DNA of 59,223 nt from Trichoplax sp. H2 (lineage: Eukaryota): contig NOWV01000298.1 in assembly GCA_003344405.1 (NCBI GenBank), positions 1 through 59,223 of the forward strand. The letters run 5' to 3'. Each line of letters begins with the position of its first letter. The first letter of the stretch is position 1. The position numbers and the translations under genes were made by a program. Of the stretch, positions 1-11,533 are shown one piece after another. The notes under the pieces were generated by a model that worked only from the letters and a program-made list of their open reading frames with translations, had not been told where the DNA came from and made no database searches.

Positions 1-2
1 TG

Positions 3-241
3 AGTCATCTTATAAAAATACTTAGATGAGAACATCTACCAACTAATTTTTCACAGTCGGACTACAATATGTCCATTCACAGAATCATTTCAGTGCAATT
101 ACAGCACAGCATTAAATTTACTGTAATACATTTATAATTAGAGTAATTCCTATTGTAAGTAACTAGTTGTAATACATTATCACTATATTATATTAACCAA
201 ATTTAGATATCTATTTCTTCACGGTAGCTCGTACCGTGGCA
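3..241 (-). mobile_element. LTR-like interspersed repeat (family B), truncated by the window start
   Basis: Reverse complement of 58978-59209 with only scattered mismatches and indels. On the minus strand it begins TGCCACGGTAC (the other copies begin TGTCACGG) and carries the terminal hairpin CACGGTA-GCTCG-TACCGTG. Confidence 0.7.
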
Positions 242-242
242 G

Positions 243-460
243 TGTAATATAAGGTTAAAGGTTGCCATGCGGATTGTAGCTGCGAATGCTACGAGAAGTA
301 TAAAAGCATGCAACTTTAGATTATCCTGCTAGTTCGTTCTAGAAGTCTTTAGTAGTAGTATTCGGCTAGAGTAGAGCTGTGTGTATCTAATCTTTGTATA
401 AGATTCAATAAAGCCCTTATCTTTCTAAAATTTGGAATTTCGTGATTGGTATATATCACA
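243..460 (+). mobile_element. Solo LTR-like element (family A), copy 1
   Basis: TGTAA...ATCACA termini, internal TATAAAAGC followed by AATAAA. Co-linear with 1956-2174, sharing blocks such as TTCGGCTAGAGTAGAGCTGTGTGTA and TTCTAGAAGTC. Confidence 0.6.
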
Positions 461-1955
461 GTGATAGAGGGTTCGTTGCGCTAGATGATGCGAGTGTAGC
501 CGCCATACAGAGTATTGTACACAAGGAGTTTAAGAGAAATGATTACTTTATTGTAGAGATAGAAATTAAGGTACAGTGTGAGACCTAGCATAGATTAGTG
601 TGCAAGCTGTAGTGAAGTAGCGTGTAGAATACTAAGGCACTAATAATTTTTAGAGTAAAAAATGCCGGTATTTATAGCTATTGAATTAGAGCACCTGCAG
701 AGAACTAGATTTTAGAATTAGATATAATATATACTATAAAAAGTTACAGAATAACAGATGATTGTAGAAGATTGTGAGTATTGTAGTAATGTAGTAATGT
801 AGTAATGGACTGTAATAGCTAAATGCAGCAAGATATATTTGAATGTAAAGCAAACAGACTTTAGATATGTCTATATTTAAGAGTAGATTACAGTTATAGT
901 GCAATTCCAAATACTCTACAAGTTTAGGCACTCAAAGTTGCTTAATTATAGGAGTCACCTCATCTTTTAGAAATAAACCAAATTAATACGCTAAAATGTC
1001 TATATTTGTGCGAATTAAACACAATCCAATCCTAATACACTTATTGTATTGCTGCTAAAGTAATCAAATTCTACCAATGGCTTGATAAGTATACGCATAT
1101 ATTAGGCTATTAAACTAATGTATGTCGTCTAAACTTGGAAGCTGTTCTTTCAAGCTTAACATCATTCGAGGTTGTAGATGCAATCTAGTTAAAGCATACT
1201 AGTCGGCAATTACTATTTTAGTCTACATAAACTTAAATTAATGATTACTAACACATCAGCTGTTCTATACTAAAGCTATATTAAGTTATTGTTATTATGT
1301 TATGTTAGTGTTATGTTATTTGTTACAGTGTTATATATAAGTACTGGATTTGCTTTTTTATCACCTTTATATCTTATCTATATGTCCTTACAAGACTATT
1401 ACTTATGCTAAAATTACAACTCAGCTAGCTTATAGACCGAAAGCATACTTCATATGATTGTATAACACTTTCAAGTTACATCCTGCGCTTTGACTCTTAT
1501 ACTGTATATAGATTGCGGCCAAGTAACACCCTGATATAATTAAAGTATTGAATAAATTTGACAGTACTAAGCAAAAGTTATGCTTAAGAAAACGGGTGAG
1601 CCTGCGTCTGGCCTGTAAAAGAACGTATTATTGTGATTGTAGACTATTAGCTATGTTTAGTATAATGTACGGTAGGGTCTTTTATATTTTTATCTTATAA
1701 TATATTTAGTAGCCCATAATTACAGACTGTAAGGATAAACTCTATGCTAGAGTACAGATGACTAAATAGAGTAAGATGTTGAGCTGCTAATAAGGTTAGA
1801 ATTAGAAATAGAATTGTAAATCGTATATTAGGGTATGCTTAGTTCATTACACTTTGAGTGGAAGAAATAATGTCTAGGCAAATACTATAATCATTTCCAT
1901 ATTGGATTAATGATGGTTTCTGTGAAATATTGTAACTAATAATAACTTGAATATG

Positions 1956-2174
1956 TGTAAAATATGGTAGAATGCTGCTATACTGATTATAGTTGCGAAG
2001 GCTACGGAGACTATAAAAGCAGGAGACATTAGATTATCTGATTATTCTTTCTAGAAGTCGTTCAGTAGTTGTGTTCGGCTAGAGTAGAGCTGTGTGTAGC
2101 TAGTCCTTGTATTGGATCTAATAAAGTTCTAATTTTCTACAACTTTGGGATTTTCGTGATCGGATTTTATCACA
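1956..2174 (+). mobile_element. Solo LTR-like element (family A), copy 2
   Basis: Diverged direct copy of 243-460 with TGTAA...ATCACA termini, TATAAAAGC and AATAAA. Immediately followed by TGG, as at the start of a primer-binding site. Confidence 0.6.
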
Positions 2175-5100
2175 TGGCCTAGAGAAAACAAAAATTTTAA
2201 ATGCATTAGGAAAAGTTCGTATTTACTCTGATACTATGAGCATCACTTATTTGATAATAAAATAGATAGAATTTCGCTCTTAGAAGACAGCGCTGGGTTC
2301 CAGTTATGTTATTCTTCGTAACATAAGATAGAACTTTTGCATTATAGCTTGAATCAATCGATAAAGCTAATTGGAACAGTACTGCATAAGAGTATCGTAT
2401 TACATCAGTATCCTTCAATCTTTCGGGTTGTAATAGTAAATTTTTAATTTTCATTAGTATTTTTAATTTCAGCTAATGACAGTAGCAAATGTGTTAAGAG
2501 TGTAACAGCTACTTGAAACAAGCACCACATGATGAAGAATAGTAGCTGTGCTTAGTAAAGTAAATGTAGATGATGGCTGTTATGATGAATCAGTGTGATT
2601 ACGCTTTCCGTTCTATGTATTTTAAAGTCTATTGATGTTAGCTTATAAAGTTCTGTTATTGAGTAATATACTACTGCAATTATTAACTGCTGAGTCAAGT
2701 TGATTATGGTTCAGAACTTGATATACCTACCAACAGTTAGCCACAACCACTTTATGTACATTTTAAAAACAGTGCAAGCGTACTATTTGTTCGGTATCCA
2801 CTATTTCCTTATCACGTTCACTAGATTGCATCCCTCTCTTGGAGCGGCAATATGATATGCTACTGGTGACTTTATTGCAAACTGTAAAACAGTCTCAGTT
2901 TATTACTTTAAATATTCGATGGTAGGCAATATATGTATTAGTACAAGCTATAGAAGTCGGGCTGGGAGCCACCGTTACTTGAAGCTATTTGTACTTTTAT
3001 TGCTTTAACCATACTGCACTAAGACTGTGGGATATGGACCTCTAGAAATAGGTATCGGCACTTGGCTAATTAATTTATATTTGATAATGATTTTAAGTAT
3101 AAGCCAAAGCGATAGACAAGCCTTTGTCTAATTGTTTGTTGCTTAAAAATTAGATTCTCCGTTTAAATAACATATTCATAACATGGCTAATATGATTTTG
3201 ATAGTAAACTCTGTAAAGCGCTAGCTTTTGTAGAATTTGATAATTTTAAATAAAATCAAACTCAATCCCATAGTCCAGTGTCAGTCATTTACTGATTTAC
3301 TGTGTTCACATTCTGTGAAGTACTAATAGTTGGAGCACACAGAATTTATACAATTTAAGGCTTAATCACAACAATGGCATGAATAAAACAAAATAAAATT
3401 CAGGATACTGCGCAAAAAGCTAGTAAACGATGCTGCAAACTATTAGAACCAGTACTTAGCATGCAGGAAAGATTTTTGATAGAATCAAATCTAGAAAACA
3501 AAAAAGGCTTATAAAGCGATTGCATAAATTTTGATCATTAACGTCTAATCTGAAAGTGAAATTTCTGTTTATCTCTTTTTATAATTTGCTTTCATCATCT
3601 AATAAACTTGGCTAAAAAATTTATTAATCCTTACATACTCATATATTCGCTGTTTCTACCCATTTTGACTGTCAAATCTGTCGTAAATTTTGTTTAGTAT
3701 TACTTAAAAAGTACGCTTCTAATTAAGATCATGATATCAATTTTGGACATGGTTTGCAATGCCAATCACTGGTAGTATGTTTTCCTTTTTTCCCTTTAGA
3801 TTTACTTTTTGTTAAATAGCAATGTTTACATAATTTGCTCTCAATGACGGTACATAAATTGCATATTATGGCTAAAAGATGATTAATTTTAATTAAAAAA
3901 CTTACGTTTAGGGACAACTATGAAAAATTTTCTGGTGTTATTAGCGACTTTAGTCAATAATGATTGATATAAGCTGTGCATATTTACTAAATGCCGTTCA
4001 ATAGTCTACATAAGTATTTCCTTTCAAGTTACAGACGCTAATTATGCTCAACACCATTAAATGTATTCAATGAATACTTAAAGGTCCTAAATTCATCTAA
4101 GATTTTATTGCTATTGCTACAATATTGCTTTTAAATAATGGGATCCTTGTTGTGGCTAGGCAAATTTCCTATTTGGAAGTGACTACTTTACTTGAAGGAA
4201 CCCAACAAATTTTTGATTGATTAGGGTATAAAATAGCTTTATTAACTTGATCAAAACGAGTAAAGTATGTTAGTAAATAAAGTAAATTACTGCCAAATTA
4301 TTGATCTACAGTTTCAGTTTTAATTTTGTGTTGTAAGATAACGCTAGAAAATCATATTAATTCCTATCTACGCATCTCAGTAATTTATTCTATTTCTTAT
4401 TATTTAGAAATGACCATTACGTTTAGCTAGGATTGCGGTATATTTGAAGATAATAAAATTTATTTGGTCTAATAATCTAAACTAGCTTGCAAATTTAAGT
4501 ACTCTGAAAAATCCTAGATTGATTACATTCAAAAAGGCTATTCTGGTACCGTATTGAAAGAACGAAGGCCATAGAAATTATTAGCTAAGGAAATGCTACA
4601 ATTTTTTCGTGCCATATCTTTCTAAAATTCGACTAAAAATTGTGAATCATCAAATATGTAATAATATGGGCCATACCCTTTAGCCAATAGCTTTTAATCT
4701 ACGGGATTATCGATTTCTAAAACGAGCATACTTGAATATAACTTCTTGCGTAGAAAAAATCAATTCTACATTTAGTTGTCAATATTATTATTTTTGAGCA
4801 GGCTCATTAAATATTCGTATTTACGATAAAAAATAGACTTTATCTAATTAACGTAAGGCCTATGTTTACTGCAAATGTTTAAAAATAAAATTGAGCTTAA
4901 TAATTAGCAGTTATTTATAATAAAGACTTGCAATTAGTGATTGAATTTATAAAATAAGGTACTTTGCTGATAGCCAAATATTACTGTCGCTATCGTTTCA
5001 TTTGCGTAGATTAATAGCGCTTTTCGACCTTATATTTAAAGTATTAAAATAGATTGGATGGAAGCTAATAGAGTTTATTTAAAGAAATTGTACAACTGAT

Positions 5101-8100
5101 TAATACGAAAGATTGTGTAAAGGAACCTTTGCTGGTAAAGGTAAATAAAGAAATTTCGATCATTACCTTATTGCATAATAATTGAGAACATACTAGAGTA
5201 AGATACTAAGATAGTCTGCACATTCAGATCTGTTGATAAAGATGTTGAATTTGCCTCTGAACTAAATTTGTTGAATTGAGATAATTTTGAAATCAGCCCG
5301 CAAATTATAATTAACTGGAGAAAATATACGTTAACTGATTATCTGTACGGTCACCACAGGAGTAGAAATCAAATACATTTACTCTCGGGATATTTTATAC
5401 TTTAAGGCTTTATGGCCAAAGTATTTACTCGTAGGTAAGCAAAATATATAAGCAAGGAGCTAATACAGATATGGATCTGTATAATCATATTATTGTTATT
5501 TACATCGTTAAATTACATTAAGAACTTTAAAACATGATACAATAAACATCGTTTCATAATTTATTTATACATGAAATATGTTTGCTGAAAATTTGTCTTG
5601 TGAATATTATAATAAAGTTAAATACAGGATTTATAGACCTAATAAATATTATTATTAATTATTATTCCTCCGAAGATTAGTTAAATTCTTTGAAGTTATA
5701 AATATTTTTTTGGGGTTCTCATTGTCGCATTAAGCTATTTACAAATACTGCCCATGAAACTGCTCATCATTATGACTCTTAATTCGTTTAATCATCTCGG
5801 AGTAGAGTTTGCCAGGCTTAATGTTGATAGTTATTATTATTTCTACTGTCCTTGTCATGCAAATAAATATTGCACAGTTGTAAGAGCGATCTAATTGATT
5901 GCTTAAATCGCTATCGAAAAATTGTGACTTACTTGATTAGTTTACACTAGATTAACAACCTGAACAGAAATTAATTTTCAAGTTTAGCTATAGTTAGTAT
6001 TTCCAGTGAATGGGGCTTAAATTTTTCGCCTCAAACTAAAGCAACTGCTGCAAGCTTTGATGATAGTAACTCAAACTATTCACTAAAAGCGGTAAAAGAT
6101 TTTGATTAGCAAACAGGATATCTTCAATATAATAATTTGACAAAGGTCACAATTGGTAGGTATTGCAATCAAAGCAGATTAACTTATCTTCAAGTTTTCG
6201 CGTTCATTTTATTTCTACTGTTTAATTAGGAATACTTCTTTTCAGACAATGTTTAATAACGCAAAATCTCAATGGCTTGATGTACCAAGTCCTATCTTAA
6301 TTATTTATGATTGAAATTAAGTATTTAAAAATATGACGGGTTTAGTATAAGGCATCGAATTGACTATATTAAACATTTAAAAGAATTAAAAAATTTTAAA
6401 ATCATTGTTAAGGCTAGAAAAGCGATGTTACTAATACACTCATAAATCTTGAATTTAAGCTACTGTCTAATCCTACGCTAATTTACAGGGTCAGACATCT
6501 TAGCTTGTAAACAATTTTATATGGATAAAAAGTTAAACAAGTGATAACTTCAGCATTCTTTATTTTACATTTATGAATAGTTCGTTGATCTTTAAACTTA
6601 AATTTGAAAAAGGGATAACTAGTCCACATACAGTTATTTTTAAATATTTAAACTATCTATCACTAATAGCCTCAAATAGACCTTAATATCCTGGTATTTA
6701 ATTGTACCATATCTAAGGTCCCAAAGGTTTTGTAAATATTGATAGAGCATGTAAATAAATCTTTCTTAAATGAATATAAAACAGTTCTCGGAATTTCGAG
6801 ATTGTGGAGCAACATAACGAAAATGCCCCAAATATGGATATGTAATACTCTATAAAGGTTGAAAATGCTACCTTGAAAGGTTATCTAGCAAAGCTGTGAT
6901 TACGACAAGATTTTTATAAAGGTTTTTTTAAATCGAAGGGAAATGTACGTAAATAGCATCTTCCTTCACTATTAGTATAATACGTAATGAGTCTTAGAAA
7001 AGAAATCTTTACAAAGACGACTTTATATCTTAACTTTAATTATTTGTAAATGATTCACTATTTACTATCAAAGACGCTTTCATAATATTAATAATTTATG
7101 ATTCTTATAATGGCTATTTATCGGTAGATATTAGAAAGCTTAGATTATGCTAATCAGCTGGCTGATCGATGTGAATTTGAAAAAGTTTAACCAGTCCTAA
7201 TATATTGTGAGAGGGTTATAAATATTAATGGTTACTCCTTATGGACTAGTAATCAGAACGCTTCTATAATCAATAACGATGACAAAAATACGTTTTCTTG
7301 GACCAAAATATCTATAAATGAAGATCACATAATATGCAGATTGTAATTCATTTCTGGTGACCATGATCAAGTTGCGCGCCGATTAATTTTCATTCTATCG
7401 TTATTTTAGACTTTTTACATATTTTAGGATTTACTGATTAACTATTAATAGCAGTTCCAGCTATGATAAATAGTTAAATAAGTTATCAAAACTGAACTTT
7501 AGACTCAGCTAGAGAATAAATATAGATTAATTTTGCTTTGAAGTATTCTCGAAACAATCTATATAAACGATTATGTGTAAGCATTTGGGAATGATTTTTC
7601 GATCATGGGCCAATATGCTTTGAATTTATTTTAACTAGGAAGCCATTTAACACGACTTATCAGGTAATAATCAACTAAATTAACAAAATATTTATTTACC
7701 ACCGCCAATTCTCCCTATCATAATGGTGAAATAGATTTGGAAATAAAAATATGGACTGTATAACCTTATTAATTAAATATAATCTACCGCTATGTGACAT
7801 CAGAAATTTTTTAGAAAATATTAATTTAAATTAGTTATAAGTTGGGAGAGACTATTACGGTAGTTATGTCGTTTTAGTTAAAATAATTAATGGTAACATT
7901 ACTTCAAATTTTATTGGAAATGAATAGATTATTCAGTCTACTTCTTAATTTATTTTGTTATATTATTACTTATCTGTAAGATAATAGTTATAATATCAAA
8001 TAACAAACTTATCTAAGGTTATTTGTTACAGATATCGAATCACGCCAGAAGTTCAAGTTCAAGTTAGGGCGTTTATAATCTTGCCGTAGACTAGACGCAA

Positions 8101-10450
8101 AATCAATTAATTAATTAATAAGTGTTAGTGAAAAGGATAAAATAGGGATTAAAATGTCTTTATTATGATTGATCATTGAGTAAGTGTAAATTTCTTTAAT
8201 ACAATGTCTGTAGCCATTAAGGCATATTTCTTTATCAATATGAGCAAAATATACATTTATAATGACACTGTTAAAACAACTGATTCAGTTTCACTTTATT
8301 CTACGGATCAATTATTTGTTATATGTATAATACTACTATTACCGAAAATATCATTCAACCCAAGTTAATAAACAATTTATAAATCAATCAGGAATCCAGC
8401 TCAAAACGGGAAGTGTCTAGAATTGCCTATGCTGTTCTCGCGAATAGCTAGAATACTTCCACTGTTAAATGATGGCATAATAAAATAATGTCTGTTCGTT
8501 ATAGAGGCACTACTGTTTAAGAATTGTCCGGTACTGCTACATTTTGATTTTATTAAAAGTTATAGTAACGGAATGAGCGATAATCTCTAGAATCGGATTC
8601 ATAAGTTGACATAGAGAAGGCATTTATGCGACAATACTCATTAATAACCGTAGATGATTACAGCATATGATTGAATTTTATAACATATTCAAAATGTTAA
8701 CATATAATCAATAGTGTTTATACTGCACTATTAGATGAAATTGCCGTGGTATCATTTTTAGGCCTAATTAATAATTGCTACTAAGATGATTTAAGTGATC
8801 GCGTAAATAGTTATAAAACTATGACTAGACAGAGTTTGTTTACAGCTTATGGAATCATTTATAACATACGTTCAGAAGGAGATTTAAAGCTAGTAAAATT
8901 TACTCTCAAAAGTAATTCAAGATAGCGGCAATTTAGTTCTAAATTCATTTTTATTTGAATCTTTCAATATTTTGGAGGCGTTTTCTGTAAATTTGTACTG
9001 AGTACTTTATATCATATTCACCTTGATAGCTTATAGAAAATGTGCCAATATTTTTTATGAAATAGAATAGCTGTTATTATAAGATCAATTAATTCCATAA
9101 TAATAATATGTAAGATTCACAAAGTATTAAAAAGACAGAAGAACAAAGTTCGTAAGCCATTATTGTACCTTCTACTGACGTTATGGCTAATTAACGTCTT
9201 TCATCCTACTATCCAATTAGTTTGGATGCCACTAATTATTAATAATAGCTAATGGCCATATCCAATAGATTTATAGATCAATTGCCTGTTTTGACTATTT
9301 CTTAGAATAATAGTTATCAATGTTTGGCTATTTGATGGTACACACGTGCAAAGTCTGTTTGATCAAAATCAGCGGTAATTATTATTTAGATAGAAAATTG
9401 TTTTTAGCATATTTATATTTCCTTTGAAAGTAATTCTTTTCCTTATCTTTACAAAGTCATTGATGAAATAACTGTAAGTGTACCATGTTATGATTGTACA
9501 AAGAATAATTGATGATAAAACTAGAAAAAATAGATCGGTTATGAGGTACTTTAGCATTTCAGATGAAATAGACCTGATTCCAAACTGATATTGTTTCCGT
9601 AGAATTTAAAAATAAAAATTGTAATCATTGCTCTATAGTTTGATAGATTAATAATAAATAAAGGGATACAACATAAAGCAAGATGCCATAACTTGCTGCT
9701 ATTATCTTTTTATAACAACTGAATAGGTCCGAACTAGGTAGTATATCTTGTAGAAGAGTTGATAATTTTAATTTTTACCTATTTGTATTACGCTGTTATA
9801 ACTGATTCGTGTTAACGTCTGCTAACTAATCTAAGAGAAACTTTAAAATTGCATTCAGCTGTAAATTATTCATCGTGACTACCCTCCTTTTCTATCTGGG
9901 ACATATAATACTTAAAATAAAATTCTTGATCTCTAATCGTTGTAGCCATCATTATTGTTTTGTCTTTATTTATTATCATTATTAAACAATAGGCATGGCA
10001 TACAAGCAAAAATTGACATGTTATCAATAGAATTTATTTCCTGATCAAAAAATCTGTTCATCCAATCATTTTTCGAAAATCCAACTTCGTAGCTACTAAT
10101 TAACATCATTGATTACTTTTATCATAAGAATGTGGCTTTTCACTCGAATACTAATTTGGTCAAGGTAATACAAGTCGTATAATTTTATAAATTAACTGTC
10201 CTTATCCGATATTGTTTATATTCTTCAGTAAAGGCAGTAGCAAGAGCAGTGGCGAAATTTTAAATTGGAATAATCTACATCTTTTCTGTTATTGGACTTG
10301 ATTTATTTTACAATTTTTCTTCGGCACAAACTATCTACAGTTGTAATTGATAAAAGAAGAATTTATTAACCGTCCTTCAACAATACCAAGCTATCACTGT
10401 GCGATTGATAAATTTTAGGAAAAGATCGCTGAGTTACAGCTATTAACGTC

Positions 10451-11533
10451 ATGGGCAGTTTAGTAATCTTTTGGAGCATCAATCTAGGCATAACAATCGC
10501 AACCAATTTATCATTGCTGATATTTATGGTAAATAAACGTAAGCTTCATACGGCTTCGAACGTGATTTTAATAAGCATTTTAATAACAGGGTTACTATTT
10601 GGGATTGTTTATATCCTACCAAGATTTATAATTGGAACAACTTACTCTATTCTTTTCGTATGTAAGCTCTTTGGTTACCTTGGTGCGCTATTTACTGTGA
10701 ATATAAATCTACATGTTTGTGCTATTAGTTTTGATCGTTTTTTTGCCGTAGTATTTCCTTTTCGGTATCGCCAAATAGCATCGAAACGTGCTTCGGTACT
10801 GTTGTGCGTTATCATTTGGTTTATTTCCTTTTTAATCTGTGCAATACCTCTGATCACCTTTGATCGAGATACAAAAATATGTCTAGGTGCTTCACGTATT
10901 ATTAACGAAACAAATACGTCTATGCCTACAAATCTGTCGACTACTTTAACTACGACTGCTTCTGTGCTTCCAAGCACTATTCAATCAAATCTAACAACAA
11001 CAGTATCTGTGACTCCAGGAACTTTATCGCCTACCCAGCTATTCATTTTAAGTTGGAGGATCTATTTGTTATTTATATTTTTTGTTCTATTCTTATTTCC
11101 ATTAGCGGTGCTGATCATGACTTACGGAACAATGCTATTTGTGGTCTTTACTCATGCCAAAAAAGTACATTCATTAACTGTAGCCACAACCGAAACCAAT
11201 AAACCGAAATCGTTAATTATTCAAAACAGAAAAGCCTTATTGCAAGTTGCATTAATTATAGGCGCTTTTCTGATATTTTTTTTGCCTTATGTCATGGCCA
11301 CAGTAGTATTTCTAATTAATGATTTAAAATTTGCCAGTGAAGGGGTGTATACTTATAGTAATATTACACAATTGATTGCATTTTCATATCCAGCTGTAAA
11401 TCCACTTTTATACGCTTATTATAACAAGGACATAAGCCACGAAATTACTAAAAGTTTTAAAAGCAAATCGGCTAGCAATATACTTAATACTGACAGGACA
11501 CCGGTAACTAATGAGAAAACAACAACTGCATGA
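10451..11533 (+). CDS. Intronless rhodopsin-like (class A) 7TM GPCR, 360 aa, ligand unknown
   Basis: Seven hydrophobic segments, TM1 Asn, TM3 Cys and DRF (SFDRFFAV), ICL2 PFRY, TM4 Trp, ECL2 Cys (KICLG), TM5 P...Y, TM6 FFLPY and TM7 NPLLY. Confidence 0.95.
   Translation: MGSLVIFWSINLGITIATNLSLLIFMVNKRKLHTASNVILISILITGLLFGIVYILPRFIIGTTYSILFVCKLFGYLGALFTVNINLHVCAISFDRFFAVVFPFRYRQIASKRASVLLCVIIWFISFLICAIPLITFDRDTKICLGASRIINETNTSMPTNLSTTLTTTASVLPSTIQSNLTTTVSVTPGTLSPTQLFILSWRIYLLFIFFVLFLFPLAVLIMTYGTMLFVVFTHAKKVHSLTVATTETNKPKSLIIQNRKALLQVALIIGAFLIFFLPYVMATVVFLINDLKFASEGVYTYSNITQLIAFSYPAVNPLLYAYYNKDISHEITKSFKSKSASNILNTDRTPVTNEKTTTA

Noticed and set aside
10165..10228. 64-nt 5'-UTR intron of the GPCR (AG|GTAATA...TTCTTCAG)
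   Set aside because: Plausible, but it cannot be supported without transcripts in such AT-rich DNA.
10675..10977. 100-aa antisense ORF
   Set aside because: It is a shadow of the GPCR coding strand. The same applies to 20169-20369 and 46402-46656, and the alternative-frame ORFs 16207-16428 and 40238-40441 overlap real exons.
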